Below are positions 18,758-27,338 of a stretch of DNA of 64,000 bases, one piece after another. The DNA lies in NCBI GenBank assembly GCA_036399695.1, contig DASWMP010000345.1:1478-65477 (forward strand), written 5' to 3'. Under the pieces are notes generated by a model that did no database searches, was not told where the DNA came from, and worked only from the letters and a program-made list of their open reading frames with translations. The stretch is from Thermoanaerobaculia bacterium (lineage in GTDB: Bacteria; Acidobacteriota; Thermoanaerobaculia; Gp7-AA8). Within the stretch, counting starts at the first letter, position 1; every line of letters starts with the position of its first letter. Made by a program: the position numbers and the translations under genes.

Positions 18758-19591
18758 TTACGTGAGCTCGTCCCGCTTCCGCTCGGTCGCCACGGGAACG
18801 ACAGGTGATCCGCTGGTATCGGCAGCGTCATCGGCATCGTCCTTCCCTTTGCGGATTCGCAGCATCTTGCCGGCGGCCTTCGAAACCTTCTTCCGGGCAC
18901 CGTCGGCCTTGTCGCCTTCGATGACCTCGCGCTTGATGACTTCCTTTGAGAGCGCTTCGCGAAGCTCCGGCAGCTCGATCTTGGCGTCCGAGACGCGCCG
19001 TAGCTCTCGCCGCACGGTTTCGAGCACGGCGTCGCTGAGGACGACGGCGGCGAGATAGAACTTGTTCGTCGCCTGCAGGTGATCGTGATAGGCGTACAGC
19101 CCCGACTTCAGCATGCTCTCGCGCGTGAGCAGGAAGAGGCTTTCGAGGTCGGCGGCGTTCTTCGGGTTCAGCGCCAGCAGATCGATATCCAGCACCAGTT
19201 CCGCGTCGATCGGCTTGGCAAAGATGACGCGGAAGACTCTCCACAGGTTCCCGTTCGTCAGCGCGACCCATTCGACGCCCTGATTGGCGGCATAGTCGAC
19301 GGCCTGCTTCGCATGACCATCCTTCAGTTCGAGGCCGATCGCTTTCACCTCGATCAACATCTGGAACTTGCCGTCGATACGCGTGGCGAGGTCGCAATAG
19401 GTGCCGCGAATTGCCAGCTCGCGCGTGACTTCACTGTACTTGTCGTAGCCGTAGATCTCGGCCAGCATGTCCGTCACGATCATCGACGTGTCGGATTCAT
19501 TGACATCGCGCGACTTGGCCGCCGCAAGGATCGGGGCGAACCGCTTCAAACCAGACGACAGCCGTTCAGCAACTTTCGCAGGGATGGCCAT
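18758..19591 (-). CDS. PD-(D/E)xK nuclease-fold protein (HsdR N-terminal-domain-like) with a K/E-rich tail
   Basis: RBS AGGAGAGAAGGT before the ATG. 'TYCDLATRIDGKFQMLIEVKA' matches D...(D/E)xK. About 60% GC against about 68% in the flanks. Confidence 0.45.
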   Translation of the reverse strand: MAIPAKVAERLSSGLKRFAPILAAAKSRDVNESDTSMIVTDMLAEIYGYDKYSEVTRELAIRGTYCDLATRIDGKFQMLIEVKAIGLELKDGHAKQAVDYAANQGVEWVALTNGNLWRVFRVIFAKPIDAELVLDIDLLALNPKNAADLESLFLLTRESMLKSGLYAYHDHLQATNKFYLAAVVLSDAVLETVRRELRRVSDAKIELPELREALSKEVIKREVIEGDKADGARKKVSKAAGKMLRIRKGKDDADDAADTSGSPVVPVATERKRDELT

Positions 19592-19741
19592 ACCTTCTCT
19601 CCTATTGGGGTAGTCTACGCCGCCGGCAGTTGCGTGTCATTACGCTGGAATATCGGCGCCCCGCTGTGCGCCTGTAGAGCGGTCGAACAAGATCAGACAC
19701 CAGCGCTGCGATATTGTGGCGTCGCGGGTGAATACGTCTAA

Positions 19742-19912
19742 ATGGCGACGTGTAGTTTGGAGTGCGGCAGCGACGCTTCATCAGCTGCCGCTTTCCTATA
19801 GCCGCAGCGGAGCTGTGGCGCAACGTGGTGCACTGTAAGGAGCGGAAGCTCGACGCTTCCGCTATGTAAAAGCGGCAGCTGATGAAGCGCCGCTGCCGCA
19901 CTCCAAACTACG
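19742..19912. repeat. Nested REP-like composite palindrome of family A (about 155 bp)
   Basis: Outer arms tttggagtgcggcagcgacgcttcatcagctgccgcttt / aaagcggcagctgatgaagcgccgctgccgcactccaaa. Inner hairpin agcggaagctcgacgcttccgct. Confidence 0.65.
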
Positions 19913-19926
19913 CGCCGGTTTGTGCT

Positions 19927-20526
19927 TCAGCCGCGATGCAGTTCGTCGAGGGTTTCGGCGAAGAGCTCGAAGAGGAGTTTCAGGCGGTCGACGTCTTTGA
20001 TGACGCCGACGACGCGGAAGAGCAGTTCGTCGGTGCCTTGCGGGTGGGTCGTGCTGAACCATCCTTCGTCGTGATGGACGGAGAAGTCGATCTCGGGCTG
20101 GCGCTGGATCAGCTCCCGGATCTCCGCGTCGGCGAAGAGGCGTCGCAGGCGCGCTTCGTCGTTGCCTTTGATGATGAACTCGGTGTCGAACGGCTCGTGG
20201 CCTACCGCGACGTCCTGCATCCCGAACCATTTGGCGATGTCGGAGAAGATGTTCTTGCGATAGACGCGAAAACGGAAGCCGTCCCGGTTCTCGAACGGCG
20301 CGCGCATGCGGGTAAAGACGATGGTCGTCTTGCCCGTCGACACCGCGTAATTGTCGAGCGTGACGAGCCACCCCTCGTGCCGCGCCTCGACGCGGCCGCC
20401 TCTGAGGAATCCACCCTCGACATACTGCGCGCCGATCTCGGCGCTCAGTTGGCGCCAGATCTCTTCCTTGCTCGGACCGAAGAGTTTGCGGAAGACGCTC
20501 ATGGACCAAAACCTATCACGCTCCAT
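19927..20526 (-). CDS. Hypothetical protein (about 190-199 aa)
   Basis: ORF with coding-like composition. Alternative start 'MSVFRKLF'. No recognised domain. Sits beside the nuclease-like gene, separated from it by the REP composite. Confidence 0.4.
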   Translation of the reverse strand: MERDRFWSMSVFRKLFGPSKEEIWRQLSAEIGAQYVEGGFLRGGRVEARHEGWLVTLDNYAVSTGKTTIVFTRMRAPFENRDGFRFRVYRKNIFSDIAKWFGMQDVAVGHEPFDTEFIIKGNDEARLRRLFADAEIRELIQRQPEIDFSVHHDEGWFSTTHPQGTDELLFRVVGVIKDVDRLKLLFELFAETLDELHRG

Positions 20527-20604
20527 CGGCGGGTCCGCGGCTGAAGTTCAGCGTGCATCGATACGAGGACTGGGGAAAATCGGTTCCGTGACCCTCCCTA
20601 ATGC

Positions 20605-21609
20605 ATGGCGACGACGAAAGTACCGATTTCTGTTCTCGAAGGTAGCCGGAACCGGCGTTCCGGGATGATCGCGGCGTGGATCGGGGCGGGGGCGGTGGTG
20701 CTGGCGGGCGGGTTTCCGCTCGTGCAGTGGCTGGCGGAGCCGAAGCCTCCGGCTGAGGCGGTGGCGGGAGCGAAGGTGCGCATCTCGGGGCGGGTGGCGA
20801 ATGCGCGCACGGATGTGCCGATCCGGAAGGCGCAGATCCGGCTGGAAGCGCAAGGGGTGCCGTCGAGCACGGAGTCGGATTCGGAGGGGACCTTCGTGGC
20901 CGACCTGCCGGCGGAGTACTCGACCGTACGCCTGCGGATCACAGCGCGCGGCTTCACGCCCTACGACCGCCTGCTGCCGCGCGATGTTGCGGACCAGATG
21001 CTGCTGGTGAATCTCGAGCCTGAAGCGGCTGGCCGCGACAGCTCGTCGGTCCGGCCGCGGAACGATGAACAGGACAGCAGACCTTTCGGCGGGCCGTCCG
21101 TTTCAGAACCGCGGCCGGCGGCGAAGGCGTCGCTGGCCGGGATGCTCAACGGGTCGTTGCCGCAGGTCGGCAGCAACAGCGATACGTGGGCCGTGATCGT
21201 CTTTGGCGAACAGGAGCGGCGGGACGACGTCGACTCGTCCCTGCGCGCGGTCCTGGCGGACAGCGGCCACGAGACCGTCCGGCTGTTCCGGAAAGTCTCG
21301 GACGAGCAGCGCCTCGCCGCCGACATTCACCGCGGCGCGAGCGACGTGCTGCAGCAACTGCAGAGCGGCCGCTATTGCACGCGCATCCTGGCGGCCCGCT
21401 TGTCCGTCGCGCACGTCGGCGTCACGGAAGGGATCACGATCGCCCGTGCGAAGCTGAACGTCCATGTGCTCTCGCCGTCCGGCGAGTCGCTGAACAGGTT
21501 CGAGCTGTCGGAGAAAGGCGGCGGTGAGGACGACAGCTCGTCGAAGCGTCATGCCGTCGACGAGCTGCTCGAATCGCTGCCGCGCGAGCTGCCGGGCAAA
21601 ATCAATTAG
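20605..21609 (+). CDS. Membrane-anchored protein with a CarboxypepD_reg-like domain
   Basis: TM helix 'MIAAWIGAGAVVLAGGF'. 'KVRISGRVANARTDVPIRKAQIRLEAQGV...SEGTFVADLP'. Confidence 0.45.
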   Translation: MATTKVPISVLEGSRNRRSGMIAAWIGAGAVVLAGGFPLVQWLAEPKPPAEAVAGAKVRISGRVANARTDVPIRKAQIRLEAQGVPSSTESDSEGTFVADLPAEYSTVRLRITARGFTPYDRLLPRDVADQMLLVNLEPEAAGRDSSSVRPRNDEQDSRPFGGPSVSEPRPAAKASLAGMLNGSLPQVGSNSDTWAVIVFGEQERRDDVDSSLRAVLADSGHETVRLFRKVSDEQRLAADIHRGASDVLQQLQSGRYCTRILAARLSVAHVGVTEGITIARAKLNVHVLSPSGESLNRFELSEKGGGEDDSSSKRHAVDELLESLPRELPGKIN

Positions 21610-21611
21610 CC

Positions 21612-22823
21612 TCAGAGCTCGGCGAGGATCTCCCGCCGCTTCTTCTCGTATTCGACGTCGCTGATGAGCTTCTTCTTGTGGAGCTCTTCGAGCCGGCGCA
21701 GCCGCTCTTCCGGCGTGAGCTTCGCGGTCGGCCCTCCGTCTTCTCTCGGTGTGCCGCCGCTCTTCGGCGTGGTGCCGGCCGTGACCTGCGCCGGCTTCTT
21801 CTCCGCTTTGCCGGTGGTTGCCGAACGGACGCGATTGCACTCGGCCATGGCATCGGTGAAGACGCTGCTCTTGTCGAGGCGTGCAGCCTGGCTGAGATTC
21901 ATCAGCGCCGCGTCGTAGTCGCCGGCGAGGAACGAGGTCATGCCGCGGTTGTAGTGGGCGCGCGCCAGCGTTACGGGAGGCACGGACGGGGTGCTCTTGC
22001 AGGTATCGAGGCTGACCTGCGCCTCGCGTGCCGCGCCATCGAGATCGCCGTTCTGCATCAGGCGGTACGCAACGTTGAGTGCACAGGCGTTGTCGTCGAA
22101 GAAGTGGAACTGCTTCGTCTCGGTCCAGGGAAAGACGAGGCGATGCACCTGTTCCACGGCGTCGAGAAACAACGCGGTATGCACCTCCTCGGGTGCGGGG
22201 TACTGGTCGTACTGCGTGGCGCCGTTGAGGACCGACATGGCCGCGTCCTTGACGCGCCCGAGCCGCGACTGCCCGACTTCGTCGGCGCTGATCGACGCTT
22301 TGGCGTTGATCACGCGCGCCGCGGAGGTCACGCCGGTCGTGAGGTTCACGATCTGGATCGACGCCTTGAGCGCACCGCGCGTGGTCGGCACCTGGCTGCG
22401 CTGGACCCCGATGCCGTTGACGGCGGCGCGGAACTCGCGCGTATGGTAGGTGCTGCAGTCGTGGACCTTCACGAAGACGAGCGAGCCGGTGCCGATGAGC
22501 TTCCCGATCTTCGCGGCCGTCTTTTCGTTGATGGCGCCGCCGAGGTTCAGCTTGTGCTCGGCCATGATCCGTTTGAAGTTGATCCGATCGATGACGACGG
22601 CGCCGCTGGACGCAAAGTCGGCGACGAGCGAGTCGGTCAGCAGGTCGGAGCATTCGCCGGTCGGCTCGGCGAACGCCACCTGCTGCAGGGGCGTTTTGAC
22701 CTGCGCCTCGTGCTTGATCGTGACGGTGACCTGGGAGCCGCCGCCCTTCAGTCGCGACCAGGGAGCGCCGGAAGCAGTGGTCAGTGTCGTCATAAAGAAC
22801 GTGAAAATCAGGAAAATGCGCAT
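21612..22823 (-). CDS. Secreted CsgG/LpoB-like protein with a C-terminal SHOCT motif
   Basis: RBS GAGGGAGGT 3 nt before the ATG. Signal peptide 'MRIFLIFTFFMTTLTTASGA'. 'VVIDRINFKRIMAEHKLNLGGAINEKTAAKIGKLIGTGSLVFVKV' is CsgG-like. C-terminus 'LISDVEYEKKRREILAEL' is SHOCT-like. Confidence 0.45.
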   Translation of the reverse strand: MRIFLIFTFFMTTLTTASGAPWSRLKGGGSQVTVTIKHEAQVKTPLQQVAFAEPTGECSDLLTDSLVADFASSGAVVIDRINFKRIMAEHKLNLGGAINEKTAAKIGKLIGTGSLVFVKVHDCSTYHTREFRAAVNGIGVQRSQVPTTRGALKASIQIVNLTTGVTSAARVINAKASISADEVGQSRLGRVKDAAMSVLNGATQYDQYPAPEEVHTALFLDAVEQVHRLVFPWTETKQFHFFDDNACALNVAYRLMQNGDLDGAAREAQVSLDTCKSTPSVPPVTLARAHYNRGMTSFLAGDYDAALMNLSQAARLDKSSVFTDAMAECNRVRSATTGKAEKKPAQVTAGTTPKSGGTPREDGGPTAKLTPEERLRRLEELHKKKLISDVEYEKKRREILAEL

Positions 22824-22910
22824 GCGACCTCCCTCGTCAGTCAAGCTGGCAGCGCAGGACCCGCCGCGCTGCCGCTGTCTGTTGGAGTGCCGCGGAGACG
22901 GATTTCCCTC

Positions 22911-23573
22911 TTACGCCGAGCCCGCTGGCACGCGTTTACCGCCGCCAAACCGCCGGCTCACCAGCCAGAGCACGCCCGTGACGCCGAGCACGCCCGCGAA
23001 GATCAGCACCTGGTCACCGGTGCTGGCGGCGTGCGCTCCGGCCCAGGCGTAGGCGAGCGCGGGCACGATCGACCCGGCCGTGGCGGCGATGGTGGTGCGG
23101 CGCCAGCCGAGGGTGGAGCTGCCGGCGAGGATGGCCACGGTTTCGGCGAGGATGGGGATCGGACGGGTCACGGCCACGGCCACGAGGCCCCAGCGGGCCA
23201 GGAGTGCCGAGGCGCGCTCGTGCTCGATGGGGGTGACGAGGCGGCGGATGGCGGGCGTGCCGGCGCGGCCGAGGGCGAAGCCGGTGAGTGTCGCGGCGAC
23301 GGAACCGGCCAGGGAGAGGGCGGCGCCGCCGGCGATGCCGAAGAGGGCGCCATTGACGATCATCACCAGGCTGGCGGGGATGGGGAGGAAGACATCGCCG
23401 ACGAGCAGCAGAAAGCCGGCGACGGCAGCGACGACGCCTCCGTCTTGCTGCAACGGCGCGGGGTTCTCGAGGATGGCGAACCCAGCGGCCGACGCGGCGA
23501 AGAACATGAGCAACAGCGCCAGCGCGATGGCCGCGGCGAGCGTCCACCAGCGCAGCATCCCGGATCCCTGCAT
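22911..23573 (-). CDS. DedA/SNARE-associated (TVP38) family membrane protein
   Basis: 'LLVGDVFLPIPASLVMIVNGALFG' DedA signature. Multiple TM helices. Alternative start at 23558. Confidence 0.65.
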   Translation of the reverse strand: MQGSGMLRWWTLAAAIALALLLMFFAASAAGFAILENPAPLQQDGGVVAAVAGFLLLVGDVFLPIPASLVMIVNGALFGIAGGAALSLAGSVAATLTGFALGRAGTPAIRRLVTPIEHERASALLARWGLVAVAVTRPIPILAETVAILAGSSTLGWRRTTIAATAGSIVPALAYAWAGAHAASTGDQVLIFAGVLGVTGVLWLVSRRFGGGKRVPAGSA

Positions 23574-23621
23574 GGCGAGATGATACCGGCATCGAGGGAA
23601 TTCCCTCCGGTCCCCCCGCGT

Positions 23622-23933
23622 ATGCGCTTGCTCATGGAACAGCCGCAGCAGCAGACGATCCGCATCACTCTCGACGATACGACCGCGCAGGGCGAATACG
23701 TCAACTTCGCGAACATCATTCACTCCCCGAGCGAGTTCGTGCTCGACCTCGGCCGCGTGGTGCCGGGCCGCCCGGACGTGAAGATCTACAGCCGCGTGAT
23801 CATGACGCCGCTGCACGCGAAGCAGCTCCTCGACGCGCTCGGCCAGAACATCGCCATCTTCGAGCAGAAGCACGGCGAGATCCGCGTCGGCGACGCGGTG
23901 CCGTTCTCGAGCGGCAACGAACCGTCGAACTGA
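23622..23933 (+). CDS. DUF3467-like small protein
   Basis: 'GEYVNFANIIHSPSEFVLDLGRVVPG...RVIMTPLHAKQLLDALGQNIAIFEQKHGEI'. Its stop overlaps the trmFO start (ATGA). The long upstream part of the same track ORF is antisense junk. Confidence 0.55.
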   Translation: MRLLMEQPQQQTIRITLDDTTAQGEYVNFANIIHSPSEFVLDLGRVVPGRPDVKIYSRVIMTPLHAKQLLDALGQNIAIFEQKHGEIRVGDAVPFSSGNEPSN

Positions 23934-25240
23934 TGGCGAAGATCAAGATCGTGGGTGCCGGCCTGGCAGGCTCGGAATGCGCCTTCGCGCTCGCACGGCG
24001 CGGCCATAGCGTGACGCTCTGCGAGATGCGCCCGGTGCGGCAGACGCAGGCGCATCAGACGTCGAACCTCGCGGAGCTGGTCTGCTCGAATTCGTTCCGC
24101 TCCTCCGCGCCGACGAACGCCGTCGGCCTGCTGAAGCAGGAGATGCGGCTGCTGGAGTCGCTGGTGATCCGCTGCGGCGAGGAAGCACGCGTCCCCGCGG
24201 GCGACGCCTTCGCCGTGGACCGGGAACGTTTTTCGGCGGCGATCACGAGCACGATCGCGTCGACGCCGAACATCACGCTGGTCCGCGAGGAAGTGACGTC
24301 GCTGGACCGCGGCGATCATGACTTCCTCGTCGTGGCCACGGGCCCGCTCACGAGCGATCCGCTCTTCGACGCGATCAACGATTTCCTCGGCCGCGACGGC
24401 CTCTATTTCTACGATGCGATCGCACCGATCGTGGCCGCCGATTCGCTCGACATGTCGAAGCTGTACTGGAAGTCGCGCTACGGCAAAGGCTCAGCCACGG
24501 ATTACCTGAATGCACCGATGACGCAGGCGGAGTACGAGGCCTTCGTGGCGGCACTGCTCTCCGCGGAGCTGTTCGCGGCGCACGATTTCGAGCAGGCGGT
24601 GCACTTCGAAGGCTGTCTCCCGGTGGAAGAGATCGCCAGCCGCGGGATCGAGACGCTCCGCTTCGGCCCGATGAAACCGGTGGGCCTGGAGCACCCGGTC
24701 ACGGGCGAGCGCCCACACGCGGTGATCCAGCTCCGCAAGGAAGATCTCTCGGACGAGTTCTTCAATCTGGTGGGCTTCCAGACGAAGATGAAGGTCGGCG
24801 AGCAGAAGCGGGTGATCGCGATGATCCCAGGCCTGGAGAACGCGCAGTTCGCCCGCTTCGGCTCGATGCACCGCAATACGTTCATCAATGGCCCGAAGCA
24901 CCTCCGCCCGACGTTCCAGGCGAAGCAGGACGATCGTCTGTTCTTCGCCGGCCAGATCACAGGCGTGGAAGGTTACGTGGAGTCGTCCGCGGTGGGCCTC
25001 CTGGTGGCCCGCTATATCGACGAGCTCTCCCGCAACGCGCCCCCCACCCCGCTCCCCTATCACACAGCCCTCGGCGCCCTCGGCCGCCACGTGAGCGAGT
25101 CCTCCCCCGACCGCTATCAGCCCTCGAACGTGACCTGGGCCCTGATCCAGGACGTAGTCGGCCGCGCCAAAAAGATCGAGAAACGCGAACGCCAGGCCGC
25201 CCTCGCCCTGCGCGCGATCTCTGAGCTGGCCGCGGCGTAG
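23933..25240 (+). CDS. trmFO: Methylenetetrahydrofolate--tRNA-(uracil54-C5)-methyltransferase TrmFO
   Basis: 'MAKIKIVGAGLAGSECAFALARRGHSVTLCEMRPVRQTQAHQTSNLAELVCSNSFRS' is the canonical TrmFO/Gid N-terminus. Length 435 aa. Confidence 0.85.
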   Translation: MAKIKIVGAGLAGSECAFALARRGHSVTLCEMRPVRQTQAHQTSNLAELVCSNSFRSSAPTNAVGLLKQEMRLLESLVIRCGEEARVPAGDAFAVDRERFSAAITSTIASTPNITLVREEVTSLDRGDHDFLVVATGPLTSDPLFDAINDFLGRDGLYFYDAIAPIVAADSLDMSKLYWKSRYGKGSATDYLNAPMTQAEYEAFVAALLSAELFAAHDFEQAVHFEGCLPVEEIASRGIETLRFGPMKPVGLEHPVTGERPHAVIQLRKEDLSDEFFNLVGFQTKMKVGEQKRVIAMIPGLENAQFARFGSMHRNTFINGPKHLRPTFQAKQDDRLFFAGQITGVEGYVESSAVGLLVARYIDELSRNAPPTPLPYHTALGALGRHVSESSPDRYQPSNVTWALIQDVVGRAKKIEKRERQAALALRAISELAAA

Positions 25241-25267
25241 GAGCTCCCGAAGGGGACGACGACCGGG

Positions 25268-25410
25268 GCGCCTCCGGCGGGCGGCCACGGGCCGCAGCGC
25301 TGGTTGCCATAGGCTGCGCGATAGTTGTCGCGATTAACGCGTTAGTAAGTAGGGGCGACTGCGGCTTGGCCAACCAGCGCTGCGGCCCGTGGCCGCCCGC
25401 CGGAGGCGCC
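25268..25410. repeat. Large hairpin: roughly 40-bp near-perfect inverted repeat flanking a roughly 60-bp lower-GC loop
   Basis: gcgcctccggcgggcggccacgggccgcagcgctggttg ... caaccagcgctgcggcccgtggccgcccgccggaggcgcc. Confidence 0.6.
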
Positions 25411-25463
25411 CCCCGTCCGTCATCCCTTCGGGAAATCCAACGACCGCGTCCCTCTCACGGGGC

Positions 25464-27281
25464 ATGATCATTTCTGTCATCAACCATACGAATGGGGAAG
25501 TGCCGGATGAGGAGTTGCAGCGGGTTCTTCGGTCCATCAACCGGCAGATTCAGGAAGACTTTGCGCCCTACTGGAGCTTGAGCGCCACCTTGCGGCTCGA
25601 AGGGCGGACCTCGTCGCGGCCCGGGGCGGCTGAGGAAGTCGACGCCGACATGCGTGGCGACGCCATCATCTACATCTGGGACAAAGCCGATGCAGAAGAA
25701 GCGCTCGGGTACCACGAGCGGAACCACCATGGCATCCCGTACGGGTTCGTGTTCACGGAGGTCTGTACGAGGTTGTGTGAACCCTGGTCCGTCGCCCTGT
25801 CGCACGAGGCGCTGGAGATGATCGGCGACCCCGAGACCAACCTGCTGGTCATGGGGCCGCATCCCGGCGACCAGGATCGCGTCGTCTTTCACTGGCTGGA
25901 GCTGTGCGATGCCGTGCAGACCGAGTGGTACGAGATCGACAAGGTCGCGGTATCGAACTTCGTCCTGCCGTTGTACTTCACCGGCACGCGGAAGGTGGAC
26001 GAGCCGGGCGCGCGGAATGATTTTCTCGGGCGCTCGCCGTTGCGGTCCTTCGGTGTGAAGCCGGGCGGGTACGTCGGGTATTACGATCCGCTCGAAGGGG
26101 AGCACTTCAAACACTTCTGCGATTGCGACGGCGAGGCGCAGCGGCGGGACGTCGTGAAGAACGCGGTGCAGATGACCCGTCGCGGGGAGCGCTACCAGAT
26201 GTTCGCGCAGCGGCTGGAGAGCGTGCTCACGAAGCAGCGGACGCTCGAGATCCCGTTCCCGGTCATGCCCGATCCGGGGATCGAAGTACATCCGCGCGAC
26301 CTCGAGCCGGGGGACATCCTGCTGTCGCGGCGCGCGGGGCGGGTGAGCCACGCGATCTCGCTCTTCGACGGCACGCCGGTGACGACCGCCTCGCTGTACC
26401 TCGGCAACTTCGCCGTCGCGGAAGTGGGGCGGGACTCGATCGTGCGCCGCGATCTCGATGGTGCGACGAGCGGCACCGAGTGGGTGAAAGTGCGGCGTCT
26501 GGCGTCGGAGGTCGAGGGCATGGAGCCGGTGCTCGTCCGGGCGCGGCGTTACCTCGAGCGCGCGTCGGACTACGGCTACGATCCGATGGTCCTGCTGACG
26601 TTCCTCGCTCTCGGCCGCAAGCCGAAACACACGCCGAGCCTCAGCGCGCTGCTGCAGCGCATCCTGCAGACGGCGACCGACGTGCTGGTGCGCCGCAATC
26701 CGAGCGAGCCGCGTGCGCCGCTGTTCGGCTCGGAGCTGATCTACCGCTGCTTCGACGAGGCCATCTCACGCGGCGACAGCGGCTACGCCATTATCGTGGA
26801 CGGCGACGGGCCCTCGCGGCGGGCGCTCGACTCGAACCGCGGACGAGGCATCGAGCGGGGCAGCCTGCTCGAAGCGATCAGCACGCGGCGGTTCCGGACC
26901 GGCGCCTTCGCGCGTACGTACAGCCGCGAGGTGCCGCTGGAGACGATCATCGTGCAGTACACGACCGAGCAGAACGGACCGGAAGCGTCCGATTGCGACG
27001 TAGTGGCGACGCCGGAGCTGCAACGGGGCGCGCTGCAGTTCGCGTTCGCGTTGTACGCGGTGCAGCATGGCGGGCAGTACGTCTCCGATCCGCGGATCGC
27101 GATCGACAACCTGCTGAAGACGGTGCGGGACTACGTCTCGCCGGGCGATCTTTATTCGACGAGCACCCTGCGGACCGTGGGCAACCTCGCGGCACTGCCG
27201 CCGGAGACGGCGAATCACTTCGCCACGGTGTGGGAGGAACAGGTGCGGCAGATCGCCGGTGCGGCGCGGCTGACCATTTAG
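25464..27281 (+). CDS. Large hypothetical cytoplasmic protein (605 aa) with a central permuted-papain (YiiX/C92-like) region
   Basis: Start 'MIISVINHTNGEV'. Central region 'PGDILLSRRAGRVSHAISLFDGTPVTTASLYLGNFAVAEVGRDSI'. No signal peptide and no other recognised domain. Confidence 0.45.
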   Translation: MIISVINHTNGEVPDEELQRVLRSINRQIQEDFAPYWSLSATLRLEGRTSSRPGAAEEVDADMRGDAIIYIWDKADAEEALGYHERNHHGIPYGFVFTEVCTRLCEPWSVALSHEALEMIGDPETNLLVMGPHPGDQDRVVFHWLELCDAVQTEWYEIDKVAVSNFVLPLYFTGTRKVDEPGARNDFLGRSPLRSFGVKPGGYVGYYDPLEGEHFKHFCDCDGEAQRRDVVKNAVQMTRRGERYQMFAQRLESVLTKQRTLEIPFPVMPDPGIEVHPRDLEPGDILLSRRAGRVSHAISLFDGTPVTTASLYLGNFAVAEVGRDSIVRRDLDGATSGTEWVKVRRLASEVEGMEPVLVRARRYLERASDYGYDPMVLLTFLALGRKPKHTPSLSALLQRILQTATDVLVRRNPSEPRAPLFGSELIYRCFDEAISRGDSGYAIIVDGDGPSRRALDSNRGRGIERGSLLEAISTRRFRTGAFARTYSREVPLETIIVQYTTEQNGPEASDCDVVATPELQRGALQFAFALYAVQHGGQYVSDPRIAIDNLLKTVRDYVSPGDLYSTSTLRTVGNLAALPPETANHFATVWEEQVRQIAGAARLTI

Positions 27282-27286
27282 GTCTG

Positions 27287-27325
27287 GGAGTGCGGTGGCG
27301 TTTAGCGTTCGCCACCGCACTCCGG
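27287..27325. repeat. REP-like hairpin of family A
   Basis: gggagtgcggtggcgtttagcgttcgccaccgcactccc; lies between convergent genes, so it may act as a terminator. Confidence 0.6.
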
Positions 27326-27338
27326 GATCAACGCAAAA

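Noticed and set aside
21678-23933. 751-aa ORF on the + strand
   Set aside because: It is antisense to the well-supported CsgG-like and DedA genes and has a high-GC, Arg/Gly/Asp-rich artefact composition. Only its final 104 codons (23622-23933, DUF3467) are credible.
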